NCBI GenBank assembly: GCA_949290515.1
Contig: CASERZ010000005.1
Span: 101,856 to 165,855, forward strand
Origin: an uncultured Christensenella sp.
GTDB taxonomy: Bacteria; Bacillota; Clostridia; Christensenellales; UBA3700
Reading direction: 5' to 3'
Length of the DNA: 64,000 nt
A program made the position numbers and the translations under genes. The notes beneath the pieces are model-generated. The model had not been told where the DNA came from. It did not search any database and saw only the letters and a program-made list of their open reading frames with translations. This document shows positions 9,200 through 18,677 of the stretch, one piece after another. The stretch's first letter is position 1; the number at the start of each line of letters is the position of its first letter.

Positions 9200-10009
9200 A
9201 TGCAGTGTCCCAACTGTCAGCACGAAAACAAAGAGGGTGCGACTTTCTGCGAAAAATGCGGAGCGCAACTAGAGAGCGAAAAGAAAAGACTTTCTTTTTT
9301 CGAACGCCGTCAGGCAAGAGAAAGAGAGAGAATATATCTTATGTCCAAAGCCAGCTTACAGGCTGAAGACGTGGAGAATATCGCCGATTACGATATGGGA
9401 GAGGTTACAACAAAGCCTATAGGAGACATAAAGAAGATTTTAAATAAATCCGTATTGTTTCTTGTGTTGTCCATTCTCGGTATTGCCGTATGCGTAGCGG
9501 GTATATACGTTATAGGAAAACTGAATTTCAACGATACTTTGCGCGTAATGCTCATTCTCATACTTTTTCTCGGTTGTGCCGTAGCGGGCGGATATACGAT
9601 AGATTATTCATACAGAGTGAGAATGCTCAATGCAATGGCAAAGAGCAATTTTGCCGTTAAAAAGCTCTCCTACGGCAAGCCTCCCGTAATGAATATCGAC
9701 GGCAAGTGTTATGAGCTTACGCTCGACGCAAAATGCGATATAGAGGGATGCGGAGCAAGTATGCATATAGAGGAATACAACGGTGAATTTATAGCCGTAT
9801 GCGACGCGGACAGAAGCCATTTGCGAAAACTGCATTGCGAAGTATTGCGCGCCCAAAGCACGTCGGATAGCGTTAAGACGTCGGAGGACAACGGAGAAAA
9901 AACTCAATCCGACGTTAAAGAAGAGTCGGAGAAAGTTAAAGACGGGCTAAATACGGAGCAAAAAGGCGGGGAAAACACTTCTCAAAACTCTGAAGAAGAG
10001 AATAAATGA
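9200..10009 (+). CDS. Zinc-ribbon membrane protein, unknown function
   Basis: MQCPNCQHEN..FCEKCG zinc ribbon, two TM helices, a C-terminal Cys/His cluster and an acidic tail. AAGGAGA RBS. The gene starts 1 nt after the upstream stop codon. Confidence 0.65.
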   Translation: MQCPNCQHENKEGATFCEKCGAQLESEKKRLSFFERRQARERERIYLMSKASLQAEDVENIADYDMGEVTTKPIGDIKKILNKSVLFLVLSILGIAVCVAGIYVIGKLNFNDTLRVMLILILFLGCAVAGGYTIDYSYRVRMLNAMAKSNFAVKKLSYGKPPVMNIDGKCYELTLDAKCDIEGCGASMHIEEYNGEFIAVCDADRSHLRKLHCEVLRAQSTSDSVKTSEDNGEKTQSDVKEESEKVKDGLNTEQKGGENTSQNSEEENK

Positions 10010-10075
10010 CCTTTTGTCCGTAATCGGACAGTAAGCCGAAAATATTCGGCTTTGAGATAAACGCAAAGAGTACAA

Positions 10076-10099
10076 GCGACGGGAAACCGCCGCTTTTTT
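10076..10099 (+). terminator. Probable terminator
   Basis: GCGACGG-GAAA-CCGCCGC (one mismatch) followed by TTTTTT. Confidence 0.55.
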
Positions 10100-10102
10100 G
10101 CT

Positions 10103-10139
10103 ATTTATACATTTTAAGTCTTGGGTAAAATGTATAAAT
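10103..10139. repeat. Hairpin repeat variant (loop AGTCTTGGG)
   Basis: ATTTATACATTTTA-AGTCTTGGG-TAAAATGTATAAAT. Relative to the other copies it carries a paired A>T / T>A change that keeps the stem intact. Confidence 0.85.
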
Positions 10140-10336
10140 ATACTCATATATATTCTTTAATTTAGCGTAAGGAATTCTCAGACTGAGCCCCGAGCGTCTT
10201 GCGGAATGCAAAAAAATTGCAAAATTCGCGTTTAATTATGGTCAATCTGTTAAAAACCTGACAATTATCCTTTACAAAACTTTTTGCTTAGTGCTATAAT
10301 ATGTGCGTAAAAATATTACTAATAAGGAGACTTGTT

Positions 10337-11656
10337 ATGAATAAGAAGTCAATCAAAGACGTAAACGTCAAGGGCAAGAAGTGCCTTGTAAGAGTGGACT
10401 TTAACGTACCTATGAAGGACGGCGTTATCACCGACGAAAACCGTATTCAGGGCGCGCTTCCCACTATCAAGTATCTTATGAACGAGGGCGCAAAAGTTAT
10501 TTTGTGTTCGCATATGGGCAAACCTCACAGCATTTTCAGTGCTAAAGTAGGCTTGACCAAGAAGGAAAAGAAGGCTATCGAAGCTCTCCCCGCTGACCAG
10601 CAGGAAGAAGCTAAAAAACAGGCTATCGAAAAAGCCCTTAAGAATGACCCCGTAAAACTCACTCTCAAGCCCGTTGCCGACAGACTCAACGAGTTGCTCG
10701 GAGGTAAGGTTACGTTTGCCAAGGACGTAATCGGCGAGGACGCTAAGGCAAAAGTTGCGGCTTTGAAAGACGGCGAATGCGTACTTCTCGAGAATTTGCG
10801 TTTCCACGCAGAGGAAGAAGGCAACGACAAGGATTTCTGCAAGGCTTTGAGCGAATACGCTGACGTATATGTCAACGACGCTTTCGGTACGGCTCACAGA
10901 AGCCACGCATCTACGGCAGGTATCGTAGAATACGGTTTTGTAAAGGACGCTGTTTGCGGATTCCTTATCGAAAAGGAACTCAGCGTTATGGCTGACAGCC
11001 TCGAGCATCCCGTACATCCTTTCGTAGCCGTTCTCGGCGGTGCAAAGGTAGCTGACAAGCTCAAGGTTATCGACAACCTTCTCAATAAGTGCGACACTTT
11101 GATTATCGGCGGCGGTATGTCCTATACTTTCGCAAAGGCTATGGGCAACGAAGTAGGCAAGTCTCTCGTAGACGACGAAAAGATTGACTACTGCAAGGAA
11201 ATGCTCGAGAAGGCTAAGAAACTCGGCAAGAAAATTCTTCTTCCCGTCGACGCAGTAGTAGCAGACGAATTCCCCAATCCTATCGACGCTAAAATCGCAG
11301 TAAGCGAATGCGATATAGACAAGATTCCCGCAGACAAGATGGGTCTCGATATCGGCAGCAAGAGCAGAAAGCTCTTTGCAGACACCGTCAAGAAGGCAAA
11401 GACCGTTATCTGGAACGGACCTATGGGCGTATTCGAAAATCCTATTCTTGCAGAAGGTACTGTAGCAGTAGCTAAAGCTATGGCTGAGGCTGAGGGCGCA
11501 ACGACCATCATCGGCGGCGGCGACAGCGCGGCAGCAGTAGCACAACTCGGTTTTGCAGACAAGATGACTCACATTTCTACGGGCGGCGGTGCGTCTTTGG
11601 AACTCTTCGAAGGCAAAGTACTTCCCGGTATCGCTTGTCTTAACGACAAAGACTAA
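10337..11656 (+). CDS. pgk: Phosphoglycerate kinase
   Basis: [24 protein letters not shown] and GGGDS motifs. Carries an extra ~40-aa K/E-rich segment after HMGKP. Confidence 0.95.
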   Translation: MNKKSIKDVNVKGKKCLVRVDFNVPMKDGVITDENRIQGALPTIKYLMNEGAKVILCSHMGKPHSIFSAKVGLTKKEKKAIEALPADQQEEAKKQAIEKALKNDPVKLTLKPVADRLNELLGGKVTFAKDVIGEDAKAKVAALKDGECVLLENLRFHAEEEGNDKDFCKALSEYADVYVNDAFGTAHRSHASTAGIVEYGFVKDAVCGFLIEKELSVMADSLEHPVHPFVAVLGGAKVADKLKVIDNLLNKCDTLIIGGGMSYTFAKAMGNEVGKSLVDDEKIDYCKEMLEKAKKLGKKILLPVDAVVADEFPNPIDAKIAVSECDIDKIPADKMGLDIGSKSRKLFADTVKKAKTVIWNGPMGVFENPILAEGTVAVAKAMAEAEGATTIIGGGDSAAAVAQLGFADKMTHISTGGGASLELFEGKVLPGIACLNDKD

Positions 11657-11739
11657 TTATACAAAAACATACAAGACGGCACGCATAGGCAATCGCATTG
11701 CGTGCCAAAATCAAAAATACGAATTTACGAGGTAATAAT

Positions 11740-12495
11740 ATGAGAAGACCTATAATTGCAGGCAACTGGAAAATGAACAACACCATCGCAGCTACCAAAG
11801 CTCTTTTGACCGACCTTATCCCTTTGGTTAAGGACGCAGAGGCAGAAGTAGTAGTTTGCGTACCCTATACCGATATCGCTACGGCAGGCGAAATGATTAA
11901 AGGCACCAACATCAAGCTCGGCGCAGAAAACGTACACTGGGCAGAAAAAGGAGCTTTCACCGGTGAAATCAGCGCAGATATGCTCAAGGAACTCGACGTT
12001 GAGTACGTAATCATTGGACACAGCGAGCGCAGACAGTACTTCGGCGAAACCGACGAAACCGTAAATATGAGAGTTAAAGCTGCTCTTGCAAAGGGTCTTA
12101 AGCCTATCATTTGCGTAGGCGAAACCCTCGAGGAAAGAGAAGGCGGCATCGTAGAGAAAGTGCTCGTAAGACAGGTTGAGGGCGCATTCAAGGATATCGA
12201 CAAGTCCGAACTCGAAAATATCGTAATCGCTTACGAACCCGTATGGGCAATCGGCACGGGCAAGACTGCTACCGCTCAGGACGCTAACGATACTATCGCT
12301 ATCATCAGAAATACTATGGCAAAACTCTACTGCGAGAAGTGCGCTGAAGAGAAAGTCAGAATTCAGTACGGCGGAAGTATGAATCCCAAGAACGCAAGCG
12401 AACTTATGGCTATGGAGCAAATCGACGGCGGACTTATCGGCGGCGCGTCTTTGAAGGCAGTAGACTTCTCTCAGGTAGTCAAGTACAACAAGTAA
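11740..12495 (+). CDS. tpiA: Triose-phosphate isomerase
   Basis: IIAGNWKMN, IIGHSERR, AYEPVWAIGTG and GGASL motifs. Confidence 0.95.
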   Translation: MRRPIIAGNWKMNNTIAATKALLTDLIPLVKDAEAEVVVCVPYTDIATAGEMIKGTNIKLGAENVHWAEKGAFTGEISADMLKELDVEYVIIGHSERRQYFGETDETVNMRVKAALAKGLKPIICVGETLEEREGGIVEKVLVRQVEGAFKDIDKSELENIVIAYEPVWAIGTGKTATAQDANDTIAIIRNTMAKLYCEKCAEEKVRIQYGGSMNPKNASELMAMEQIDGGLIGGASLKAVDFSQVVKYNK

Positions 12496-12511
12496 TTCGA
12501 TTTAAGCAAAC

Positions 12512-12549
12512 AAAAAAAAGCAACTGCATCGGCAGTTGCTTTTTTTTTG
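12512..12549. terminator. Bidirectional-looking terminator
   Basis: A-run, GCAACTGC-ATCG-GCAGTTGC, then T9. Confidence 0.8.
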
Positions 12550-12666
12550 TCATTTCAGCGTCAAAGTTTGCATTTCACGGCAAAAGGCTGTTTATCCGTA
12601 AAAAGTCTTTTGTGTATAGCTATATCAATATCGTCTCAAGGCTTATTGCTTGCGACGCTTTTGAGT

Positions 12667-12909
12667 TCATTTTTTTATCTCGAGTATATCGTCCGCAGAT
12701 ATTTCCAGATAATTGCAAAGTCTTGAAAGAGTGATTAGCGACGGCTGCACTTTTCCCGACAGATACTGCGAGAGAGTAGGTTTGGATACGCCGATAGCTT
12801 TTGCGATATCGCTTTTGGATTTACCCGATAAATCTATCTCGGTGCGAATGTTTTGAGATATTTTATTGCGAAGCTGGTCTTCGTCGATAAATTGTACGGT
12901 TTTCTTCAT
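12667..12909 (-). CDS. XRE-family helix-turn-helix transcriptional regulator
   Basis: 80 aa with KSDIAKAIGVSKPTLSQYLSGK HTH. Confidence 0.8.
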   Translation of the reverse strand: MKKTVQFIDEDQLRNKISQNIRTEIDLSGKSKSDIAKAIGVSKPTLSQYLSGKVQPSLITLSRLCNYLEISADDILEIKK

Positions 12910-12942
12910 ATCAAAATTATAAGATTATTATTGTATTTTTAC

Positions 12943-12991
12943 TTGACAATTAGGTTATACCTAATTATAATAGTATTAGGTAATACCTAAT
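12943..12991 (+). promoter_or_regulatory. Consensus sigma-A-type promoter with twin palindromic operators
   Basis: TTGACA (12943-48), a 17-nt spacer, then TATAAT (12966-71). The spacer itself is the near-palindrome ATTAGGTTATACCTAAT. A second copy, ATTAGGTAATACCTAAT, lies at 12975-12991. Confidence 0.65.
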
Positions 12992-13017
12992 AATTATACA
13001 CAGGAAGGAGTATTTAT

Positions 13018-13443
13018 ATGGGCAAAAAGTATGTAGTGAGTCAACTCAAGCCGGGCGAGCAAATTGTCCACACGGCTAAAATTTCAGCGGTAGCAATATT
13101 TACCGGATTTATTCCCGGACTTATTGCGCTTACCAAATCGGAACTTGCAATTACCAACAAGCAAATCATCGGTAAAAAAGGTCTTATCAGAACTCAGTCA
13201 ATTTGTACGACTTTGGACAAAGTGCAGAATATTACCGTCAGCAGCGGTCTGTTCGGAAAAATTTTCGGGTATTCCAATATCAAAATAACCACTGCGGCAG
13301 ACAGCATCTCTTTCTCATACGTAAAGAAGGCTGAGGAGTTTAAAAAAGCCGTATTCGCTCAGCAAGAGATTTACAACGACGAGAAGATTAAGCAGCAGGC
13401 TACGCAAATGGCGTCGGCTATGGCGAGCGCAATCAACAAATGA
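13018..13443 (+). CDS. Bacterial PH-domain (bPH_2/YdbS-like) membrane protein
   Basis: Hydrophobic hairpin followed by LAITNKQIIGKKGLIRTQS..ITVSSGLFGKIFGYSNIKI, typical of bPH_2. Confidence 0.7.
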   Translation: MGKKYVVSQLKPGEQIVHTAKISAVAIFTGFIPGLIALTKSELAITNKQIIGKKGLIRTQSICTTLDKVQNITVSSGLFGKIFGYSNIKITTAADSISFSYVKKAEEFKKAVFAQQEIYNDEKIKQQATQMASAMASAINK

Positions 13444-13472
13444 TAAATCCCCTGAAAAGTTCAGTAGCGTGC

Positions 13473-13509
13473 AGGTATCCGTCGAACGTCGTTCGGCGGA
13501 TACCTTTTT
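13473..13509 (+). terminator. Rho-independent terminator
   Basis: AGGTATCCG ... CGGATACCT followed by TTTT. Confidence 0.75.
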
Positions 13510-13661
13510 ATATATTGTACATAATTATTTTAATACGTACAAGTTTATCGCACACACGTTGGCGCGAGCGCATATAGGTGCGGCTTTGCTTGACTAGCAG
13601 TGTACTATGTGCTAAAATATAGCCGATTAAAAAGATTAGGCTTTATGCCAAAGAGGTCAAT

Positions 13662-15200
13662 ATGAAATTTACAGGTTTGATAATAATGGACGGATACGGC
13701 ATCAACAAGTTCGGCGAGAACAACGCCATATCCCCCGAGACTTCTCCCGAAGTCCTCAAAATACTCAAGGAATATCCTTCCACTCAGCTCAACGCAAGCG
13801 GTCTTGCAGTAGGCTTGCCCGAAGGACAGATGGGCAACAGCGAGGTAGGACACCTCAATATCGGTGCGGGCAGAGTTATTTTTCAGGATTTGCCTAAGAT
13901 AAGCAAGGCTATCGCAGACGGTGATTTCTTTACGAATACCGCGCTTGTAGACGCTATGCAGAAGGCAAAGCAAGACGGCAAGAATCTCCACGTAATGGGT
14001 CTTGTATCCGACGGCGGCGTACACTCTCATATCGAGCATCTTTTCGCTCTTATAAAAATGGCTAAAGAGCAGGGAGTAAAGCAAGTGTACGTACATTGCT
14101 TTATGGACGGAAGAGACGTATCTCCCGTAAGCGGTAAGGGCTTTATTCAACAGCTTGCCGACTATATGAAAGAGCTTTCCTACGGCAAAATCGCTACTAT
14201 AAGCGGTAGATTTTACGCTATGGACAGAGATAATATATGGGACAGAGTTGCCAAGGCTTACGCTGCGCTCGTTGACGGCGAAGGCGTATTCGAGAGCGAC
14301 CCCGTCGAGGCTATGCAAAACAGTTACGACAAGGGCGTAACCGACGAATTTATGTTGCCTACCGTAATTACCGAGGGCGGAAAACCCGTTGTAACAATCG
14401 GCAAGGGCGACAGCATTATATTCTTCAACTACCGTCCCGACAGAGCAAGACAGATTACGAGAAGCTTTATATACGAAGACTTTGCGGGCTTTGAGAGAAA
14501 GAAAGGCTGGCTCAATCCTTTCTTTGTATCATTTACGACTTACGATGCTACTTTCGAAGGCAAACTCGAGGTAGCTTTCAAGAAAGAAAAATATGCCAAC
14601 ACTCTCGGCGAATATCTCTCCAAGAAAGGCATCAAGCAATTCAGAATTGCCGAAACTCAGAAATATGCGCACGTAACCTTCTTCTTCAACGGCGGCGTAG
14701 AAGCTCCCAATCCTGACGAAGACAGAATACTTATCGACTCTCCTAAGATTGCTACTTTCGATATGAAGCCCGAGATGAGCGCGTATGAGGTATGCGACAA
14801 GGCTTGCGAGGTTATCAAGAGCGGAAAGTACGACGTAATGATACTCAATTTTGCCAACTGCGATATGGTAGGACATACGGGCGTAATGGAAGCGGCAAAG
14901 AAAGCAGTCAAGGTTACCGACGAGTGCGTAAGAAAGGTACTCGACGCAATTCTTTCCGTAGGCGGACAGGCATTGCTCACGGCTGACCACGGCAACTGCG
15001 ACTATATGTTTGACCCCGAGACAAAAGCTCCTTTTACGGCACACACGACCAATCCCGTGCCTTTTGCGGTAATAGGTGCAGACGGCGTCAAGGGCTTGCA
15101 GGACGGCGGCAAGCTTTGCGATATAGCTCCCACGATGCTTGACATAATGGGACTGGAAATTCCCGCCGAAATGACGGGCAAGAGCCTTATAATCAAATAA
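13662..15200 (+). CDS. gpmI: 2,3-bisphosphoglycerate-independent phosphoglycerate mutase
   Basis: ILDGYG-like N-terminus, NSEVGHLNIGAGR, SDGGVHSH, and ADHGN near the C-terminus. Confidence 0.95.
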   Translation: MKFTGLIIMDGYGINKFGENNAISPETSPEVLKILKEYPSTQLNASGLAVGLPEGQMGNSEVGHLNIGAGRVIFQDLPKISKAIADGDFFTNTALVDAMQKAKQDGKNLHVMGLVSDGGVHSHIEHLFALIKMAKEQGVKQVYVHCFMDGRDVSPVSGKGFIQQLADYMKELSYGKIATISGRFYAMDRDNIWDRVAKAYAALVDGEGVFESDPVEAMQNSYDKGVTDEFMLPTVITEGGKPVVTIGKGDSIIFFNYRPDRARQITRSFIYEDFAGFERKKGWLNPFFVSFTTYDATFEGKLEVAFKKEKYANTLGEYLSKKGIKQFRIAETQKYAHVTFFFNGGVEAPNPDEDRILIDSPKIATFDMKPEMSAYEVCDKACEVIKSGKYDVMILNFANCDMVGHTGVMEAAKKAVKVTDECVRKVLDAILSVGGQALLTADHGNCDYMFDPETKAPFTAHTTNPVPFAVIGADGVKGLQDGGKLCDIAPTMLDIMGLEIPAEMTGKSLIIK

Positions 15201-15240
15201 ACAGTATTACTGATAAAAAGATTATATATAAATATAAAAC

Positions 15241-15267
15241 AAAAGACGGCTTTGAGCCGTCTTTTTT
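15241..15267 (+). terminator. Rho-independent terminator
   Basis: AAAGACGGC-TTTGA-GCCGTCTTT followed by TTT. Confidence 0.8.
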
Positions 15268-15288
15268 GCTTAGCAAAGATATTCTTTC

Positions 15289-15531
15289 TTATTCTTCAAA
15301 ATCGTTTATCGAATTAAAATAATCTGCTGAGAAAAACTCTTTAAGCGTTATACCCGCACCTTCGCAAAAGCGTTGAATAGTCTGTACAGTCGAAGATTTT
15401 GTTCTTCCTTTTAACAAATCGTAAAGCGTAGACGGCGATTTCCCGCCGTTTAAAGTAGCTTTGCATAGGCTTATGTTTTTCTCTTAACAAATCTCATTTA
15501 CGCGTTTGATTATCGCTTCGTTCAAAGTCAT
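15289..15531 (-). pseudogene. XRE/HTH regulator interrupted by one in-frame TAA at codon 16
   Basis: Hand translation gives MTLNEAIIKRVNEIC*EKNISLCKATLNGGKSPSTLYDLLKGRTKSSTVQTIQRFCEGAGITLKEFFSADYFNSINDFEE*. The stop is at 15484-15486, there is no in-frame restart codon, and the RBS is weak. Confidence 0.6.
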
Positions 15532-15651
15532 AGGGTTCGTGGTTTTCCTTTAAGATTAAAACGTAAAAGGTAAATTTTATATCGAAAGCAATTGATTAAA
15601 CAATGCAAAAGACAGACTAGAAAGTCTGTCTTTTGCATTGTTTTATTAAAG

Positions 15652-17637
15652 TTATTTTGCTTGTACTTCTTTTTGGTACTCTTCGGCTTTTGCTTGTATC
15701 TTTTTGAGGTAAGCCTCATCGTGATGGAAGGTAGGCACGAGTACTTTGAGCTGGTCGACTACGGCTTGTTTGTCGTTGGTCATGCAGATTTTGCGCATTT
15801 TCTCGAGTTCCTTGGAGAATTTGTCTATATCTATCTTTACTTGATGACCGATAAAGATTTTCTCGTTGGAAGTCTTTTGAAGTCCCTCTTCGTTCATGAG
15901 AAGTTCTTCATAGAGTTTTTCACCGGGGCGCAAGCCTGTAAATACGATGTCAATATCCTTATAAGGCTTGTAGCCCATAAGAGTGATAAGATTCTCCGCA
16001 AGGGTAAGTATCTTGACTTGCTTGCCCATATCCAGTACGAAAATTTCTCCGCCGTGAGCGAAAGTTCCCGCCTGCAATACGAGACTTACTGCCTCGGGTA
16101 TGGTCATAAAGTATCTTATGATATCGGGATGCGTAACCGTTACGGGACCGCCGTTGTCAATCTGCTCTTTGAAGAGAGGGATTACCGAGCCGTTGCTTCC
16201 GAGCACGTTGCCGAATCTTACGGCGGCAAACTCTGTCTTGGAGCCTTTCTGCGCCATCATCTGTACGATTTCTTCGCAGCAACGTTTTGTCGCGCCCATT
16301 ACGTTGGTGGGATTGACTGCCTTGTCGGTAGATATCATAATAAACTTCTGTACGTTGTGTTTATCTGCAAGCAGAGCCACGTTGTAAGTACCGAAGATAT
16401 TGTTTTTAACGGCTTCTTCGGGCACGGTTTCCATAAGAGGTACGTGCTTGTGTGCCGCCGCGTGGAATATAATCTGAGGACGGAATTCCTTGAACAGCTC
16501 GTCCATCTTGTCATAATCCTTTACGTCTATGATTTCCACGTGCAAATCGTAGTCGGGACCGTAGGTGCGCAAAAGTTCCTGCTGAATGTTGTAAGCGCAG
16601 TTTTCGTATTCGTCTACTATGATTATTCTGCGGGGCTTGTACTTTGCAATCTGACGGCAAAGCTCAGAGCCTATGGAGCCGCCGCCGCCCGTAACCATAA
16701 CGACTTTGTCGTAGATATAGCTTGCTACGCCCATATCGTCGAAAGTAATCTGCTGACGACCGAGAAGGTCGGCGATATTGATATCGCGCATTTGTTTGGT
16801 GATATTGACGTTGGCAATCATTTCGCTGATAAAAGGCAAGACTTTAATCTGGCACTTTGTTGCGTTGCAGTCGGCAAGTATGCGTTGTCTTGCTTCGCCT
16901 CCGAGAGAGGGGATAGCGAATATAATAGTGTCGATAGCGTACTTTTGCACGCAGGTAGCGATTTCCTTGGTATTGCCTACTACTTCGACGTCGTTGATAA
17001 TTCTTCCGAGTTTATCGGGGTCGTCGTCAACCATACATATAGGGTTGTAAATGCTGTCCTGACGCGAAAGCTCATCGAGTATCGCGCTTGCGGTGTAGCC
17101 TGCGCCGATAATCATAGTACGCTTTCTCTGAGTAATTTCGAGTTTGTCTCTCTGTTTTGCGTAGATGAATTCGTATATCATACGGCTGAGTATGATTGCT
17201 ACCATAGAGAAAACGCCTAGCATAATGTAAGCGGGATATATGACTTGTTTAAAGTCGCCGTTACCTACGTTTTGAGTGCCTTCGATATTGATAAGACCGA
17301 TAACCTGGTCGAGTATAGAGAAGACGATGGTAGCGCAAGTGCACGCGCCCACTATGCGCAAATAGTCCCTTCCTCTTGCATATCTCCATACAACCTTGAA
17401 TACCTTGAATGCCCAGAAGGCAAGGAAGAAACAAAGCATTGCAAACGGCAGGCTTATGAAAGCGCCGTTGATAACCTTGATGAGGTCGGTACCTTGCTGA
17501 TTGAGGTATGCCTGCGAAAGTACGACCGCGCTCATAAGACTTATGCAAACGATAACGAGGTCGACAGCGAGAATACCCCATTCTCTCAAGGTGCGTATGG
17601 AAAACGAATTTGTCTTAGGTTTGGTTTTTTTCATCAC
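15652..17637 (-). CDS. Membrane-bound polysaccharide biosynthesis protein, CapD/PglF-type NDP-sugar 4,6-dehydratase
   Basis: N-terminal TM helices, two Rossmann motifs (IIGAGYTA, VTGGGGSIG), and STDKAVNPTNVMGATKR. Confidence 0.85.
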   Translation of the reverse strand: MMKKTKPKTNSFSIRTLREWGILAVDLVIVCISLMSAVVLSQAYLNQQGTDLIKVINGAFISLPFAMLCFFLAFWAFKVFKVVWRYARGRDYLRIVGACTCATIVFSILDQVIGLINIEGTQNVGNGDFKQVIYPAYIMLGVFSMVAIILSRMIYEFIYAKQRDKLEITQRKRTMIIGAGYTASAILDELSRQDSIYNPICMVDDDPDKLGRIINDVEVVGNTKEIATCVQKYAIDTIIFAIPSLGGEARQRILADCNATKCQIKVLPFISEMIANVNITKQMRDINIADLLGRQQITFDDMGVASYIYDKVVMVTGGGGSIGSELCRQIAKYKPRRIIIVDEYENCAYNIQQELLRTYGPDYDLHVEIIDVKDYDKMDELFKEFRPQIIFHAAAHKHVPLMETVPEEAVKNNIFGTYNVALLADKHNVQKFIMISTDKAVNPTNVMGATKRCCEEIVQMMAQKGSKTEFAAVRFGNVLGSNGSVIPLFKEQIDNGGPVTVTHPDIIRYFMTIPEAVSLVLQAGTFAHGGEIFVLDMGKQVKILTLAENLITLMGYKPYKDIDIVFTGLRPGEKLYEELLMNEEGLQKTSNEKIFIGHQVKIDIDKFSKELEKMRKICMTNDKQAVVDQLKVLVPTFHHDEAYLKKIQAKAEEYQKEVQAK

Positions 17638-17646
17638 GCGCTCCGA

Positions 17647-18660
17647 TTATTCTCCGTAGCCGTCGGGATTTTGGCTCTGCCATCTCCAGCTGTCCTCGCA
17701 CATTTTCTGCAAATCGTATTTGCACTCGAAACCGAGCTCTTTTTTCGCGAGCGAGGGGTCTGCGTAACATTCTGCGATATCACCGCTTCTTCTGGGAGCT
17801 ATTACGTAAGGTATTTTTCTGCCGCTTGCTTTTTCAAATGCGTGTACCATATCGAGCACGCTGTAGCCTTTACCCGTGCCGAGATTGTATGTTACAAGAC
17901 CGCTGTTTGTAGCAAGTTTTTTAAGCGCGAGGATATGACCGTGCGCAAGGTCTACTACGTGGATATAGTCTCTTACGCCCGTTCCGTCGTGCGTAGGATA
18001 ATCGTCACCGAATACGTTGAGCTGTTTGAGTTTGCCTATAGCTACCTGAGTGATATAGGGCATAAGGTTGTTGGGGATACCGTTGGGGTCTTCGCCGATA
18101 AGACCGCTTTCGTGCGCGCCGATAGGGTTGAAGTATCTCAAAAGCGCGATGTTGAAGGAATTGTCGGCTTTATAGATATCTCTCAAGATATCTTCTATCA
18201 TAAGTTTTGTCGTGCCGTAAGGGTTTGTGGTAGAGAGAGGGAAATCTTCTCTTATGGGCACGCTCTTGGGCTGACCGTATACGGTAGCAGAGGAAGAGAA
18301 TACGAGATTTTTACAACCGAATTCTCTCATAACCTGCACAAGATTGAGGGTGCTTATGAGGTTGTTCTGATAATACTCGAGAGGTTTTTTGCAGGATTCG
18401 CCTACGGCTTTGAGACCTGCGAAGTGTATGCAGGAATCGATTTTTTCCTTTTTGAAAATATCTCTCAATTTTTCTATGTCGCACAAATCCGCGAGATAGA
18501 ATTTAATTTTTTTGCCCGTAATTTTTTCTACTCTTTCTACGGCAATTTTTTTACTGTTGCAAAGATTGTCTACTACGACTACGTCGTAACCGTTGTCGAT
18601 AAGGTCAATGACCGTGTGAGAGCCGATATATCCGGCACCGCCTGTAACCAAAACGCTCAT
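17647..18660 (-). CDS. galE: UDP-glucose 4-epimerase
   Basis: MSVLVTGGAGYIGSH, SSSATVYG and YGTTK motifs. ATG at 18660 behind AAGGAGA. Confidence 0.9.
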   Translation of the reverse strand: MSVLVTGGAGYIGSHTVIDLIDNGYDVVVVDNLCNSKKIAVERVEKITGKKIKFYLADLCDIEKLRDIFKKEKIDSCIHFAGLKAVGESCKKPLEYYQNNLISTLNLVQVMREFGCKNLVFSSSATVYGQPKSVPIREDFPLSTTNPYGTTKLMIEDILRDIYKADNSFNIALLRYFNPIGAHESGLIGEDPNGIPNNLMPYITQVAIGKLKQLNVFGDDYPTHDGTGVRDYIHVVDLAHGHILALKKLATNSGLVTYNLGTGKGYSVLDMVHAFEKASGRKIPYVIAPRRSGDIAECYADPSLAKKELGFECKYDLQKMCEDSWRWQSQNPDGYGE

Positions 18661-18677
18661 ATACTGTTCTCCTTTAA

